DNA of 24,000 nt from Eggerthellales bacterium UBA1419 (GCA_002305585.1 DBPN01000056.1:18876-42875); one strand, 5' to 3'. Positions 7,835 through 17,443 are shown, counted from the first letter of the stretch. Notes: a model not told the origin generated them from the sequence alone. Translations and numbers: made by a program.

Positions 7835-8788
7835 GTGACACAAGAAGACCGAAGCTGGGAGCCAAGGCATTCCCAGGCTTCTTCTGAGTTCGACAGGGTC
7901 GAACCCCTTCCTCAGAAGACCGAACCTGAGCTACTGCCGTTGCAGCAAAAACCTGGCACTATAGCAGGAGCCAGACTTGGCGACACATCTGGCCATATGA
8001 TGGGCGATCAACCGTCCTTACCGCCGCTGCAGAGAAACGATGTGAGGGCGCAGGCCGCTCCAGCTGCTACGCAGCGGGTCTTGGGTGCCAAACCGATGAT
8101 CAACTTCGAAAAGGTCACCAAGCTGTATGCAGCTCAGCCCAAGAAGCCAGCATTGAAAGATATCACGCTGCAGATCTATCCCGGTGAGTTCATCTTCCTG
8201 GTAGGACACTCTGGAAGTGGTAAATCCACCTTCATCCGGCTGATCAATCGTGAGATCACCGCGACCAGCGGTAAACTGACAGTTGCCGGTGAGGACCTCA
8301 CGCGCATGCGCACCTGGCGTGTGCCCTATCTGCGTCGCAACATCGGTTGCGTCTTTCAGGATTTCAAACTGTTGCCCAACAAGACGGCATTCCAAAATGT
8401 CGCCTTTGCTTTGGAGGTCATCGGCAAGTCGCGCCACATCATCCGTACACAGGTGCCCGAGGTACTGCGTCTGGTTGGTCTGGAGGATAAACAGGATAAA
8501 TATCCCGACCAGCTGTCAGGTGGTGAGCAACAGCGAGTGAGTATCGCACGAGCTATCGTCAATCGGCCTCCGTTGCTGATCTGTGATGAGCCCACTGGTA
8601 ATCTTGACCCGCAGACTTCATTGGGTATCATGCGTCTACTCGATCGGATCAATCGTACCGGCACCACCATCCTGGTGGCCACGCACGACCGTGAGATGGT
8701 CGACTCGATGCGGAAGCGTGTTGTTGCCTTGGAAAACGGATATCTGGTACGTGACCAGGATAAGGGGGTGTATGGGAACGATGCGTAG
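7835..8788 (+). CDS. ftsE: Cell-division ABC ATPase FtsE. The start is uncertain; the conserved core begins at the ATG at 8096.
   Basis: The core is [11 protein letters not shown]..., with Walker [10 protein letters not shown], signature [14 protein letters not shown] and Walker [13 protein letters not shown]. The frame stays open for 97 codons upstream of 8096. The GTG at 7835 has GGAG (7822-7825) 9 nt upstream. The ATGs at 7805 and 8096 have no obvious SD. Confidence 0.8.
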   Translation: MTQEDRSWEPRHSQASSEFDRVEPLPQKTEPELLPLQQKPGTIAGARLGDTSGHMMGDQPSLPPLQRNDVRAQAAPAATQRVLGAKPMINFEKVTKLYAAQPKKPALKDITLQIYPGEFIFLVGHSGSGKSTFIRLINREITATSGKLTVAGEDLTRMRTWRVPYLRRNIGCVFQDFKLLPNKTAFQNVAFALEVIGKSRHIIRTQVPEVLRLVGLEDKQDKYPDQLSGGEQQRVSIARAIVNRPPLLICDEPTGNLDPQTSLGIMRLLDRINRTGTTILVATHDREMVDSMRKRVVALENGYLVRDQDKGVYGNDA

Positions 8789-9686
8789 TTTTCTCTACTT
8801 CATCAAGGAAGCCCTGGTCAATTCCAGGAAGAACTTCTCCACCACCCTTGGTGCTGTGTTGACGATTTTCCTCTCATTGCTGGTGATAGGTGTGTTCCTG
8901 GTTGCCAGCTTGATCATCGATAAGATCATCCAGTCAGTTGAGAGTCAGGTAACCATTACCATCTGGCTGTCCGACGATGCGGTTCAAAGCGATGTCGATT
9001 CACTGCAGAGCTATATACAGGGCCTGCCCGAGGTCAGCGAGGTCGATTTCACCTCGAAGGAAGAGGCTATCGAGAAATACAAGGAGATGTCTAGCGCCGA
9101 GATCGTCGAGCAACTGGGAGATAATCCACTGCCAGCCTCTTTGGATATCAGCCTTTCCGATCCCGAGCAAGTCGAGGCTGTTGTGGAACAAATCAAGTCC
9201 CAGCAGACGTTTGAACAGGTGATCGATCGTCCGGACAACCCCGATGAATCGCTACGTTATGGTCAGAAGATCATCAAACAGCTGTTTTCGACTGCGGAGA
9301 TCATCCGCTATGTGAGCATCGCACTGGTAGCCCTGCTGGCCTTCGTTGCGCTGATCTTCATCAACAATACAATCCGCCTGGCTATCCTGGCCAGACGCAA
9401 GGAAATAGCGATCATGCGTCTGGTGGGAGCCTCTAACGGTTTCATCCGTGGACCGTTTCTGATGGAGGGTGCTCTGCAGGCTATTATCGGTGCTGGTTTG
9501 GCCTCGATCTCGGTGGCGTCGATCAGCCACTACCTGCTGCCGCAGGTGACGCAGACCATCTCCTGGCTGCCCATCGACTTTACCGGCATGCAGCTCTGGC
9601 AGATCTACCTGATGCTGTTCGCAGTAGGTCTGGTCATAGGCCTCTTTGGCTCAGCTTGGGCGATGCGTCGCTATCTGAAAGCCTAG
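8772..9686 (+). CDS. ftsX: Cell-division permease-like protein FtsX
   Basis: [27 protein letters not shown] is a typical FtsX N-terminus. It is followed by TM1, an extracellular domain and three C-terminal TMs ([29 protein letters not shown]). The start (ATG 8772 or 8781) overlaps the ftsE end and is preceded by a GGGGG SD. The ORF-track start at 8583 lies deep inside ftsE. Confidence 0.9.
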   Translation: MGTMRSFLYFIKEALVNSRKNFSTTLGAVLTIFLSLLVIGVFLVASLIIDKIIQSVESQVTITIWLSDDAVQSDVDSLQSYIQGLPEVSEVDFTSKEEAIEKYKEMSSAEIVEQLGDNPLPASLDISLSDPEQVEAVVEQIKSQQTFEQVIDRPDNPDESLRYGQKIIKQLFSTAEIIRYVSIALVALLAFVALIFINNTIRLAILARRKEIAIMRLVGASNGFIRGPFLMEGALQAIIGAGLASISVASISHYLLPQVTQTISWLPIDFTGMQLWQIYLMLFAVGLVIGLFGSAWAMRRYLKA

Positions 9687-9691
9687 AAAAC

Positions 9692-11005
9692 ATGAAACCC
9701 GGAAGCAACGAGGACCGGGAGCAAACGGTAATGGAGATTACATCATCTTCAGTGATACCGCCAGCAAAGCCGCGCATCCGCAGTCGCATCATGGCTGTGA
9801 TTGCGGTTCTGCTGCTTTTCGGCCTGGTATTTGCAGCAGGTAACATCGCCTCGTATTTGGGAATCATCGATATCGGCGCGCAGTTGCGTCTTGTCGATCC
9901 CGATACCAAAGGCTCTGATAATCCCGAGGCAACCGCCCGATTCGAGCAGCTGGCAGCACGTCTGCGTGAGGTTGCGACCATCCTCGATGACGAGGCATTA
10001 GCGACGTTTGCCCAAAGCAGTCTTGATGCCGATACCACCACCGCGATCCGAACCCTGCTGGAATCCAGCGGAGACCAGTACGCGCGCTATTTCACCAAGG
10101 AAGAATACGCAGACTACCAGCGCATGACCAAAGGTGAGTACTACGGTATCGGTATCGTTTTGACCGCACAAGATGATCTGATACGCGTTTTGGATGTCTA
10201 TCCGGATTCGCCGGCACAGGAAGCCGGGATCGAACCTGACGATATCTTGGTAGCCATCGATGGCGTGCGTAAGCAGTGGGAGCTTTCTGAAGCTACTGAC
10301 GCTATCCACCGCGATGAGGGCGAACAGGTGACTATTGTCTGGCTGCGGGATGGTCAGGAGCAAACCACTGTGCTCACGCTGCGTAGCGTGACGGTGCCCA
10401 ATTGTACCTGGGAATTGAAAGACGATGTGGGCTATATCCGCTTGCTGCGTTACACGGAGAACAGTGCGGAAGAGATTCGCAATGCCCTCACTGAGCTGGA
10501 TGGATTGGGCGCGCAGGGTTTCGTCCTCGATGTGCGCGACAACCCCGGCGGGTTGCTCTCGCAGGCAATCGAAGTAACCTCTTTGTTCGTCGAACGTGGC
10601 ACCGTTGTGGAGATTGAGACCAAGAACGGGACCGAGCGAAAGCAGGTGAGTGGTAAGACAATAACCGATAAGCCGTTGGCCTATCTGGTGAACAGCAACA
10701 GCGCGTCGGCATCAGAATTAGTGGGCGCAGCTCTGCAAGACCATGGTCGTGCTACGATAGTTGGCGAGAGGACCTACGGGAAGGGTACCGTACAGGATAT
10801 GCGCGAGCTGAGCTTTGGCGGTGCTATAAAATATACCATCGCACACTACTACAGTCCTGACGGCACGGCTATCGATGGTGTGGGCGTCACTCCGGATATC
10901 GAGGTAGCATCTGGAGTCGATGACCCGCAACTGACCGCCGCCCTGAACGCGGTGAGAAACATGATCGATACGGATAGCGATAACACGAGCACGCAGATGG
11001 ATTGA
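9692..11005 (+). CDS. S41-family carboxy-terminal processing peptidase (CtpA-like), membrane anchored, with a PDZ domain
   Basis: N-terminal TM is IMAVIAVLLLFGLVFAAG. The PDZ domain reads GIGIVL...VYPDSPAQEAGIEPDDILVAIDG. The S41 core is GFVLDVRDNPGGLL, with the catalytic Ser in NSNSASASELV and Lys in YGKGTVQ. An alternative start at ATG 9731 has a GGGAG SD 9 nt upstream. Confidence 0.9.
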   Translation: MKPGSNEDREQTVMEITSSSVIPPAKPRIRSRIMAVIAVLLLFGLVFAAGNIASYLGIIDIGAQLRLVDPDTKGSDNPEATARFEQLAARLREVATILDDEALATFAQSSLDADTTTAIRTLLESSGDQYARYFTKEEYADYQRMTKGEYYGIGIVLTAQDDLIRVLDVYPDSPAQEAGIEPDDILVAIDGVRKQWELSEATDAIHRDEGEQVTIVWLRDGQEQTTVLTLRSVTVPNCTWELKDDVGYIRLLRYTENSAEEIRNALTELDGLGAQGFVLDVRDNPGGLLSQAIEVTSLFVERGTVVEIETKNGTERKQVSGKTITDKPLAYLVNSNSASASELVGAALQDHGRATIVGERTYGKGTVQDMRELSFGGAIKYTIAHYYSPDGTAIDGVGVTPDIEVASGVDDPQLTAALNAVRNMIDTDSDNTSTQMD

Positions 11006-11018
11006 TAGGTGAGGCTCC

Positions 11019-13247
11019 ATGGCGCACTCACGTAACAAGAAACGTCGTTTCAATCATACTGATGGCTCTATGGGCGTGATCCAGGTATCAAGACGTGGCT
11101 ACGGTTTTGTAACGACTCCTGAAGGGGAATACTTCATACCACGGGGCAGCATCCATGGAGCGATGCATGGCGACATGGTGGAAGTCGTGCGCATGCGACG
11201 TCTGGAAGAACGTCGTCGCAACCAGGCGAAGAAAGCTGCCGAAGGCCAACGCGATATGCTCGGCAGCGTGAAACGGGTAACCGAGCGAGCGCACACCATG
11301 GTTGTAGGTACACTTCGCTATCGCGATGGTCTTGGGGTGGTGACACCTTCCGACGAGCGGATCTGTCATGATATCTTCATCGACTCCCGCGCTGCAGGTG
11401 TGCTGGCTGAAGACGGCGATGTGGTGGAGGTACGGCTGACTACCTATCCAAGCAGGCTCGAGGCAGCCCAGGGCTATATCGAGGAGGTAGTGGGGCGTTA
11501 CGATGAACAGGGGATGGATATCGAGGTGATCATCCGCCGTCATAAACTGGAGACGGTCTTTTCTGCGGGTGCTCTGGAAGAGGCTGCTCGATTAGCGGCA
11601 ACTGGTGCCACGGTTATCGGCACAAACGCTGTGGCCGGTGAGGCTGCAACAACCATCGCAGCAATTGCTGGTGCGATGGTTGCACCTATCGATGAGTATC
11701 TGCCACGGCGCGACCTGCGCGAGCGGTTCGTCTTCACCGTCGATCCGTTCGACGCGCGCGATTTCGACGATGCTTTGTCGGTGGACTTCATAGAGGGACA
11801 GATGCTTTTAGGTGTACACATCGCTGACGTCAGCACGTTTGTCGCCTGGGATAGCTCGATTGATATGGATGCCCGGCGCAGGGCGACCAGCGTATATCTG
11901 CCCGATCGGGTGCTGCCGATGCTGCCGCCCCAACTCAGCGACGACCTCTGCTCACTCAAGCCCAACGTAGACCGTCTGGCTTTCAGCTGCGACATGCTGA
12001 TGCGCTCGGACGGAACGGTGCAGGGCTACGAGCTGTATCCTTCAGTGATTCGCTCTCGGGCACGTCTGAGTTATGATGAAGTGCAGGCTTTTTTCGATGG
12101 CGACGATACCGCAGCAGATTCCGTCATCCAATTCGATCCAGAGCTGCAAAACCGCTTGCGTGTGTTGGACCGTCTGGCCAAGAAGCTCATCCGGCGCCGA
12201 GAGGCCCGAGGTGCCATCGACTTCGAGAGCGTAGAGGCCAAAGTCAGTCTGGATGACGTTGGTAATCCCGTTGCTGTAACCTTGCGTGAGAAGAACGACG
12301 CCACTTCATTGGTGGAAGAAGCGATGATCCTGACAAACGAGGTCGTAGCCGACCACATGCTGACGCACAAAGCGGCGATGGTCTATCGCATCCACGAGGA
12401 GCCCTTCCAAGCGGCGTTGGAGCAGCTGTTGCCCACGTTGCATGAATTCGGCTTGGCAGATCAGGGAGCTCCGCAGACGGCCTTCGATATCCAGCGTATC
12501 CTGGACCAGAGCCATGGACGACCGGAGTATGCACTGATCAGTCAGCTGTTGCTGCGGGCGATGAAGCGAGCGGTCTATGCCCCGACCTTCATCGGCCATT
12601 TTGGTTTGGCATCCAAGGCATACTGCCATTTCACTTCCCCCATCAGACGCTATCCCGATCTGTTGGTGCATCGACTGCTCAAGCAGCAGTTGGCTGTCGA
12701 GGATGTGCTGAGGCAAGGGCAGAATGCTCAGACATGCTCGCGCAGCGGTTTATCTGAGGGGTCCTCCTCTCAGGCAAATCTGGCGTCGCGTAGCTCGCAT
12801 CCAACCCCTGCCCCAGTACTTGCGCCACCATCCATGATCAGGCAACTGCCCTGGCTCTGCGAACACTCGTCAGAGATGGAGCGCGAAGCTGAACAGGCAA
12901 GTCTCGAGGCGACTGCACTGAAGCTCTGCGAGTTCCTTGCTCCTTGTGTGGGTGAGCATTTCACCGGCATCATCACCGGCATCAACACCTATGGTTTCTA
13001 CGTACGCGAAGACAGTACTACTGCGGAGGGTTTTATCAGTCGCGATGATCTTCCGGAGGATATCATCTATGATGAGGCGCGACATCGATTCACGGGCGAG
13101 GACAGCGGGCGAGAATATCGCCTGGGGCAACGCATTGTTGTAGAACTCAGGGGCGTGGACTTGGCGCAGGCGCGGTTGGATTTTATTGTTGTCCAGGTCG
13201 GTGTGAAGGAAAACGGCTCCAGTTCCTATCCAACTTCGAGGGGCTGA
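11019..13247 (+). CDS. rnr: Ribonuclease R (RNB-family 3'-5' exoribonuclease)
   Basis: The cold-shock-like N-terminus is GVIQVSRRGYGFVTTPEGEYFIP. The RNB catalytic motif is FTVDPFDARDFDDALSV, with HFTSPIRRYPDLLVHR downstream. The C-terminal S1 domain is GEHFTGIITGINTYGFYV. A GGTGAGG SD precedes the ATG at 11019. Confidence 0.93.
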   Translation: MAHSRNKKRRFNHTDGSMGVIQVSRRGYGFVTTPEGEYFIPRGSIHGAMHGDMVEVVRMRRLEERRRNQAKKAAEGQRDMLGSVKRVTERAHTMVVGTLRYRDGLGVVTPSDERICHDIFIDSRAAGVLAEDGDVVEVRLTTYPSRLEAAQGYIEEVVGRYDEQGMDIEVIIRRHKLETVFSAGALEEAARLAATGATVIGTNAVAGEAATTIAAIAGAMVAPIDEYLPRRDLRERFVFTVDPFDARDFDDALSVDFIEGQMLLGVHIADVSTFVAWDSSIDMDARRRATSVYLPDRVLPMLPPQLSDDLCSLKPNVDRLAFSCDMLMRSDGTVQGYELYPSVIRSRARLSYDEVQAFFDGDDTAADSVIQFDPELQNRLRVLDRLAKKLIRRREARGAIDFESVEAKVSLDDVGNPVAVTLREKNDATSLVEEAMILTNEVVADHMLTHKAAMVYRIHEEPFQAALEQLLPTLHEFGLADQGAPQTAFDIQRILDQSHGRPEYALISQLLLRAMKRAVYAPTFIGHFGLASKAYCHFTSPIRRYPDLLVHRLLKQQLAVEDVLRQGQNAQTCSRSGLSEGSSSQANLASRSSHPTPAPVLAPPSMIRQLPWLCEHSSEMEREAEQASLEATALKLCEFLAPCVGEHFTGIITGINTYGFYVREDSTTAEGFISRDDLPEDIIYDEARHRFTGEDSGREYRLGQRIVVELRGVDLAQARLDFIVVQVGVKENGSSSYPTSRG

Positions 13248-13257
13248 CAGATCTGAT

Positions 13258-13827
13258 ATGGAATTCTTCACCAGCGACCTGCACCTGGGCCATGCCAATT
13301 CGATACAGCGTGACAATCGGCCGTTTGCTAACGTTGAACAGATGAATGAAGTGCTGATCGAGCGCTGGAACGCTCGAGTAGATGAAAACGACAGCGTCTA
13401 TCTGCTGGGAGATCTGATCTGCATGGGAGATAGGGCGTTTGCCCAAGAAGTACTGCAGCGTTTGAAGGGGCGCATCTTCTTGATCAAGGGGAATCACGAT
13501 GCTGCCTATCTGCGTAGCAAAGAGACAGCGGAACGCTTTGAGCTGATCGTGGATTATCTCGAAATTGATACGGAGTTCAGCGGCGTGCTCACGAAGCTGG
13601 TTCTTTCCCACTATCCCATCTTCATCTATCGTCAACGGCATCTGGGTGCCATCATGCTGCACGGACACGTTCACGATTGTGCAGAATACCGGTACTTGAA
13701 GAGGATGCAACGCGAATATCTGAACAGCTCCGCAGGTAATCCCATACATTGTGCTTTGTATGATACCTATTGCGGATTGTACGATTGGGCACCGGCTACA
13801 CTGGAGCAGATAGTGACGCGCCTATAG
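13258..13827 (+). CDS. Calcineurin-like metallophosphoesterase family protein
   Basis: The metallophosphoesterase motif series appears in order: SDLHLGH, LLGDL, GNHD, SHYP, HGHVHD. Length is 189 aa. Confidence 0.85.
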   Translation: MEFFTSDLHLGHANSIQRDNRPFANVEQMNEVLIERWNARVDENDSVYLLGDLICMGDRAFAQEVLQRLKGRIFLIKGNHDAAYLRSKETAERFELIVDYLEIDTEFSGVLTKLVLSHYPIFIYRQRHLGAIMLHGHVHDCAEYRYLKRMQREYLNSSAGNPIHCALYDTYCGLYDWAPATLEQIVTRL

Positions 13828-13887
13828 CCGTTCAAGTCGCTTTTTGTTATGCTGAAAAGTCGAAGCAAACCCCGAAAGGATATGACT

Positions 13888-14952
13888 ATGAAGAAGAAGG
13901 ACCTCGATTTTCTGCGCAACCTCACTGAAGCACCCTCACCCTCGGGCTATGAAGTGCCCGCAGCGGATATACTGCGTGAACGCCTGACTCCCGTTGCCGA
14001 TGCGATCGAGACCAATGTCCTGGGCAGCGTGCATGCCCTGCTCAAGGGAAAAGCCCAAGGCCCAAGTGTGATGGTCGCTGGCCACATCGATGAGATTGGC
14101 ATGATGGTCAATTACATCAGCGAGGATGGTTTCATCAGCTTTACCGCTATAGGCGGCGTTGATGCTGCGATTCTGCCTGGCATGCGGGTCAACGTTCATA
14201 CCACCGATGGCGTACTGCTGGGTGTGATGGGTCGCAAACCCATCCACCTTATCGAGCAGGACGACCGCAAGACGGTCACTCCTATCGACAAGCTGTTTAT
14301 CGATGTAGGGTTGGATGGTAAAGAAGCAAAGAAGCGAATCCGCATAGGTGACCCTATCACTTATGGCGTGGGTTTTGAGGAGTATGGCGATGGTTTTGCT
14401 GTGGCGCGAGCCTTCGATGACAAACTGGGCGTGTGGATCGCTGCCCGTGTGTTGGAAGAGGTCAGGAAAGCCGGTGGCGCAAAAGGTGATGTGATCGCAG
14501 CTGGCACCGTTCAGGAAGAGATCGGCCTGCGTGGCGGGACTACCTCTGCATATGGTATCGATCCAACGATCGGCATCAGCGTCGAGGTTGGCCACGCTAC
14601 CGACTATCCCGATATCGATAAGCGCAAGCATGGCGAGGCTATCTGTGGCAAGGGTCCGCTGATCGCCCGTGGGCCTAACATCAACCCTGTTTTGTTCGAA
14701 CGTCTGATAGACGCCGCGAAAAAGACTGGAACTCCTTATCAGATAGGCCCGGAACCACGCGCTACCGGTACCGATGCCAATGCCATCCAGATATCGCGAG
14801 GAGGTAAGGTAGCAGGACTGATCTCCATACCGCTGCGTTACATGCACACACCCACTGAGGTTCTCAAGCTGGAAGACCTGGAACATTCCGTTAAGATCGT
14901 CACCCAGTTCATCCTAGATCTGGACGAATCGGTGGATTTCACGCCCAGATGA
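13888..14952 (+). CDS. M42-family metallo-aminopeptidase (FrvX/YsdC/CelM-like)
   Basis: Motifs include LTEAPSPSGYE, VAGHIDEIGMMV, RAFDDKLG, VQEEIGLRGG and IPLRYMHTP. The start at ATG 13888 has an AGGA SD 8 nt upstream. The ATG at 13882 or the ORF-track start at 13849 are alternatives. Confidence 0.88.
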   Translation: MKKKDLDFLRNLTEAPSPSGYEVPAADILRERLTPVADAIETNVLGSVHALLKGKAQGPSVMVAGHIDEIGMMVNYISEDGFISFTAIGGVDAAILPGMRVNVHTTDGVLLGVMGRKPIHLIEQDDRKTVTPIDKLFIDVGLDGKEAKKRIRIGDPITYGVGFEEYGDGFAVARAFDDKLGVWIAARVLEEVRKAGGAKGDVIAAGTVQEEIGLRGGTTSAYGIDPTIGISVEVGHATDYPDIDKRKHGEAICGKGPLIARGPNINPVLFERLIDAAKKTGTPYQIGPEPRATGTDANAIQISRGGKVAGLISIPLRYMHTPTEVLKLEDLEHSVKIVTQFILDLDESVDFTPR

Positions 14953-15033
14953 ACCGTTTGACCTGAACACACGGGTACCCACCTGCTTGCAACGTGGGCG
15001 CCTGCAAGACCAAGCTGAAGTAAGGAAACAACC

Positions 15034-15510
15034 ATGACCGCCAAGAAGCCCGAGCGTGAATTCCTAGCCCGCAACCGTCGGGCGCATTTCGACTACACCA
15101 TCGACGAGGTTTTCGAGGCGGGAATCGCACTCACCGGAACCGAGGTACGATCATTACGTGAAGGTGGCGGCCAGCTGACCGACACCTTCGCGTTGGTGCG
15201 TGGTGGTGAAGTCTGGCTGCACGGTCTGCATATTAAGCCGTACAGTCATGGAAACCGCGCCAATCCCGAACCGGACCGCAAGCGAAAACTTCTGTTGCAT
15301 AAGAAACAGATTCGCTACCTGGAGGGCAAGGTGAGCAAGGCGGGTATGGCACTGGTGCCGTTGAGCCTGTATTTCTCGGATGCCGGGCTGGTCAAGGTGG
15401 AGATAGCTCTAGCCCGTGGTAAGAAGACATATGATAAGCGTGACAGCGTGGCTGCACGTGAGAGTAAGATCGACATCGAACGTGCGCTCAAGGAGCGCAA
15501 CCGGTCGTAG
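15034..15510 (+). CDS. smpB: SsrA-binding protein SmpB
   Basis: 158 aa. Sequences NRRAHFDYTIDEVFEAGIALTGTEVRSLR and RKRKLLLHKKQI are characteristic SmpB sequence. A TAAGGAA SD precedes the ATG. Confidence 0.96.
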   Translation: MTAKKPEREFLARNRRAHFDYTIDEVFEAGIALTGTEVRSLREGGGQLTDTFALVRGGEVWLHGLHIKPYSHGNRANPEPDRKRKLLLHKKQIRYLEGKVSKAGMALVPLSLYFSDAGLVKVEIALARGKKTYDKRDSVAARESKIDIERALKERNRS

Positions 15511-15618
15511 CCTTCGCGGCGACTCACTGGCTGTAAAGGCCGGCATAACGTTGTGTCTTGAAGCGTGGCGTCTTACAGTGCGTCGGCGCAGACAGTTAAT
15601 AGAGCAGAGGATGATGAA

Positions 15619-16062
15619 ATGAACTACGCAGACTTGCAAAACGAGATAAAGATGGCCCTTAAGGCCCAAGACAAGACCAAGCTCTCAATACTCAGGCAAT
15701 GGCATGGCGAGATCAAGAACATCGAAGTGGACGAGCGTCGTGAGATCACCGACCAGGATGTCGATGCAATGTGCAGACGGATGATCAAGCAGACTCGAGA
15801 GACGCTGGAGGGGTCGATAAAAGCAGCCAACGATGTTCAACGCACCGAGATGCTCACCCGTCAAGTCGGGATTCTTGAAAACTACCTCCCCAAGCAGGTG
15901 GAGGGCGAGGAACTTGTTTCGCTCATCGACAAGGTGCTGGCAGAGACCGGTGCAACAAACAAGAAGGAAATGGGTGCAGTGATGGCGGCACTCAACGCCG
16001 CTACCGGTGGCAATCTGGACAAACGTGCTGCTGCGGTAGAACTCGGCAAGCGTCTGAGCTGA
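15619..16062 (+). CDS. GatB/YqeY domain-containing protein
   Basis: MNYADLQNEIKMALKAQDKTKLSILR... and ...KKEMGAVMAALNAATGGNLDKRAAAVELGKRL match the YqeY pattern. The ATG at 15619 has a GAGGA SD 7 nt upstream. The ORF-track start at 15565 lacks one. Confidence 0.85.
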   Translation: MNYADLQNEIKMALKAQDKTKLSILRQWHGEIKNIEVDERREITDQDVDAMCRRMIKQTRETLEGSIKAANDVQRTEMLTRQVGILENYLPKQVEGEELVSLIDKVLAETGATNKKEMGAVMAALNAATGGNLDKRAAAVELGKRLS

Positions 16063-16090
16063 GCTAGATTCCATAATTCCTTAAATATTG

Positions 16091-16119
16091 TTGTTCCAGA
16101 TTGAGGCTAATGCTATCAT
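16091..16119 (+). promoter_or_regulatory. Candidate sigma70-type promoter for the downstream ABC/ExbB-like operon
   Basis: TTGTTC (16091-16096), a 17-nt spacer, then TATCAT (16114-16119). It sits in the only AT-rich intergenic stretch of the window. The -35 overlaps the first TTCCAGATT repeat copy. This is a prediction by eye only. Confidence 0.3.
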
Positions 16120-16185
16120 TGGACGTGCCTGGAATAAAAATAAAAACAATCAAGAATAGTCCTATTCCAGATTAATAGCTGTCAA

Positions 16186-16214
16186 AGCCCTCCCCGAGGG
16201 TTATTGGTTTTTGT
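16186..16214 (+). terminator. Short GC hairpin followed by a T-rich tract. It may be the yqeY terminator or a leader attenuator.
   Basis: CCCTC (16188-16192) pairs with GAGGG (16196-16200) around a CCC loop. The stem can be extended by G-U and A-T pairs. The tail is ttattggtttttgt, with TTTTT at 16208-16212. The short stem and the displaced T-run make this weak. Confidence 0.3.
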
Positions 16215-16369
16215 AAAGGGGTGTTTGGCAAATAGCTGGTTCAAAGGACACATACGCCTCTCTTCGCGCTGAAGTTGAAACGGTTGGCCCTGTCGTCGAT
16301 GCCTGTGACAAGACTGAGTCTGCTGCCTTAGAGGTTTTCTCGACCGAGCATGTACGGAAAAGGATCATC

Positions 16370-17437
16370 TTGCTGTTCTTCGCCCTCATGGGTGTCGCAT
16401 TGATCTCATTTGGACTTGGGCGCTATTTCGTCGCACCTGCGGAGATCGTTCGGGCGACGGGCGAACAGCTGCACCAGCTGACTTTGGACCTTGGCGCGTT
16501 TCTGCAATCCATCGCCAATTGGTTCGATGTCACCTTCAATGGTGCCAAGTCCGTTACGGCTCAATCACCCAGCGTCATCGTCGATCTTAAAGCCAACGCC
16601 GCTTTGTTCAACATCCGCTTTCCACGAATCGTCGTCGTGGTTCTAGTAGGTATGGCGCTTTCGGTTGCCGGCGCTGCATATCAGGGTATGTTCAAGAATC
16701 CGCTCGTGTCGCCCGATCTTCTAGGCGCTTCAGCCGGGGCATCCTTTGGTGCCTGCCTGGCGTTACTGCTGAACTATGGCAACGAACTTATTCAGCTGTT
16801 CGCTTTTCTCGGTGGTATGACGGCTGTCTTCTTGGTGATGTGGCTGAACAAGATGGTGCGTTCAGATGCGATACTTGGTTTGATCCTAGGCGGCATCCTT
16901 GTAGGCACGTTGTTCTCCAGTGGTACTTCGATCATCAAACTGGTGGCGGATGCCGATGACAAATTACCCGCCATCACCTTCTGGCTGATGGGATCGTTCG
17001 CCTCGATCACTGTTCGTGACATGCTGACCATCCTGGTGCCGATGTTGGCGGGGTTCTCGATACTGCTCAGTCAGCGCTGGAGCTTGAATGTGCTCAGCTT
17101 TGGCGAAGACGAGGCAAAGAGTCTGGGAGTCAATACAACCCGCACCCGCACGTTGGTGATCATTGGCGCCACGCTATTGACGTCATGCTCGGTGGCCATC
17201 GCCGGTGTGATCGGCTGGATAGGACTGGTGGTGCCACACCTGACTCGAGCTATCGTTGGTCCAAACTACAAGATATTACTGCCAACTACGATGCTGGTAG
17301 GGTCGATATTCCTTCTGCTCGTGGATAACTTCGCCCGACTGCTTTATTCCGTCGAGATCCCCATCGGACTGTTGACCTCGATATTGGGCGTACCGTTCTT
17401 CGCTTTCATCTATCGCAAGAACATGAAGGGATGGTAG
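16370..17437 (+). CDS. FecCD/BtuC-family ABC permease (iron-chelate, haem or cobalamin type)
   Basis: Motifs include FPRIVVVVLVGMALSVAGAAYQGMFKNPLVSPDLLGASAGASFG, GWIGLVVPHLTRAIVGPNYKILLP and VEIPIGLLTSILGVPFFAFIY. The TTG start at 16370 has an AGGA SD (16361-16364) 5 nt upstream. No other in-frame start occurs upstream after the stop at 16214-16216. The ATG at 16388 is an alternative. Confidence 0.9.
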   Translation: MLFFALMGVALISFGLGRYFVAPAEIVRATGEQLHQLTLDLGAFLQSIANWFDVTFNGAKSVTAQSPSVIVDLKANAALFNIRFPRIVVVVLVGMALSVAGAAYQGMFKNPLVSPDLLGASAGASFGACLALLLNYGNELIQLFAFLGGMTAVFLVMWLNKMVRSDAILGLILGGILVGTLFSSGTSIIKLVADADDKLPAITFWLMGSFASITVRDMLTILVPMLAGFSILLSQRWSLNVLSFGEDEAKSLGVNTTRTRTLVIIGATLLTSCSVAIAGVIGWIGLVVPHLTRAIVGPNYKILLPTTMLVGSIFLLLVDNFARLLYSVEIPIGLLTSILGVPFFAFIYRKNMKGW

Positions 17438-17443
17438 CGGAAA

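Noticed and set aside
8583-8771. Longer ORF-track starts that overlap the upstream genes: ftsX from 8583, the transketolase C-subunit from 6775, the S41 peptidase from 9656, the SBP from 18247, the ExbD-like gene from 22428 and yqeY from 15565.
   Set aside because: The extended N-termini lie inside the preceding conserved genes or lack an SD sequence. Downstream starts have SD sequences and give canonical N-termini.
13240-13262. GGGGCTGA..., which resembles the 5' end of tmRNA and lies not far from smpB.
   Set aside because: It spans the rnr stop codon and the start of the next CDS. There is no following TTCGAC acceptor/T-arm pairing, tag reading frame or 3' CCA-proximal structure. The smpB-yqeY gap (15511-15618) also lacks tmRNA features.
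16094-16122. IdeR/DtxR-type iron box around TTGAGGCTAATGCTATCA.
   Set aside because: Only the central AGGCTAA matches the TTAGGTTAGGCTAACCTAA consensus. The flanking half-sites do not match.
16217-16369. Possible cobalamin riboswitch in the leader of the BtuCDF-like genes.
   Set aside because: I could not find the conserved core elements by eye. There is no GCCACTG-type segment, no GGGAA/GGTGAAAxTCC junction and no convincing B12 box; aagactgagtctgctgcc is only a weak resemblance. The question remains open for a covariance-model scan, but I am not calling it.
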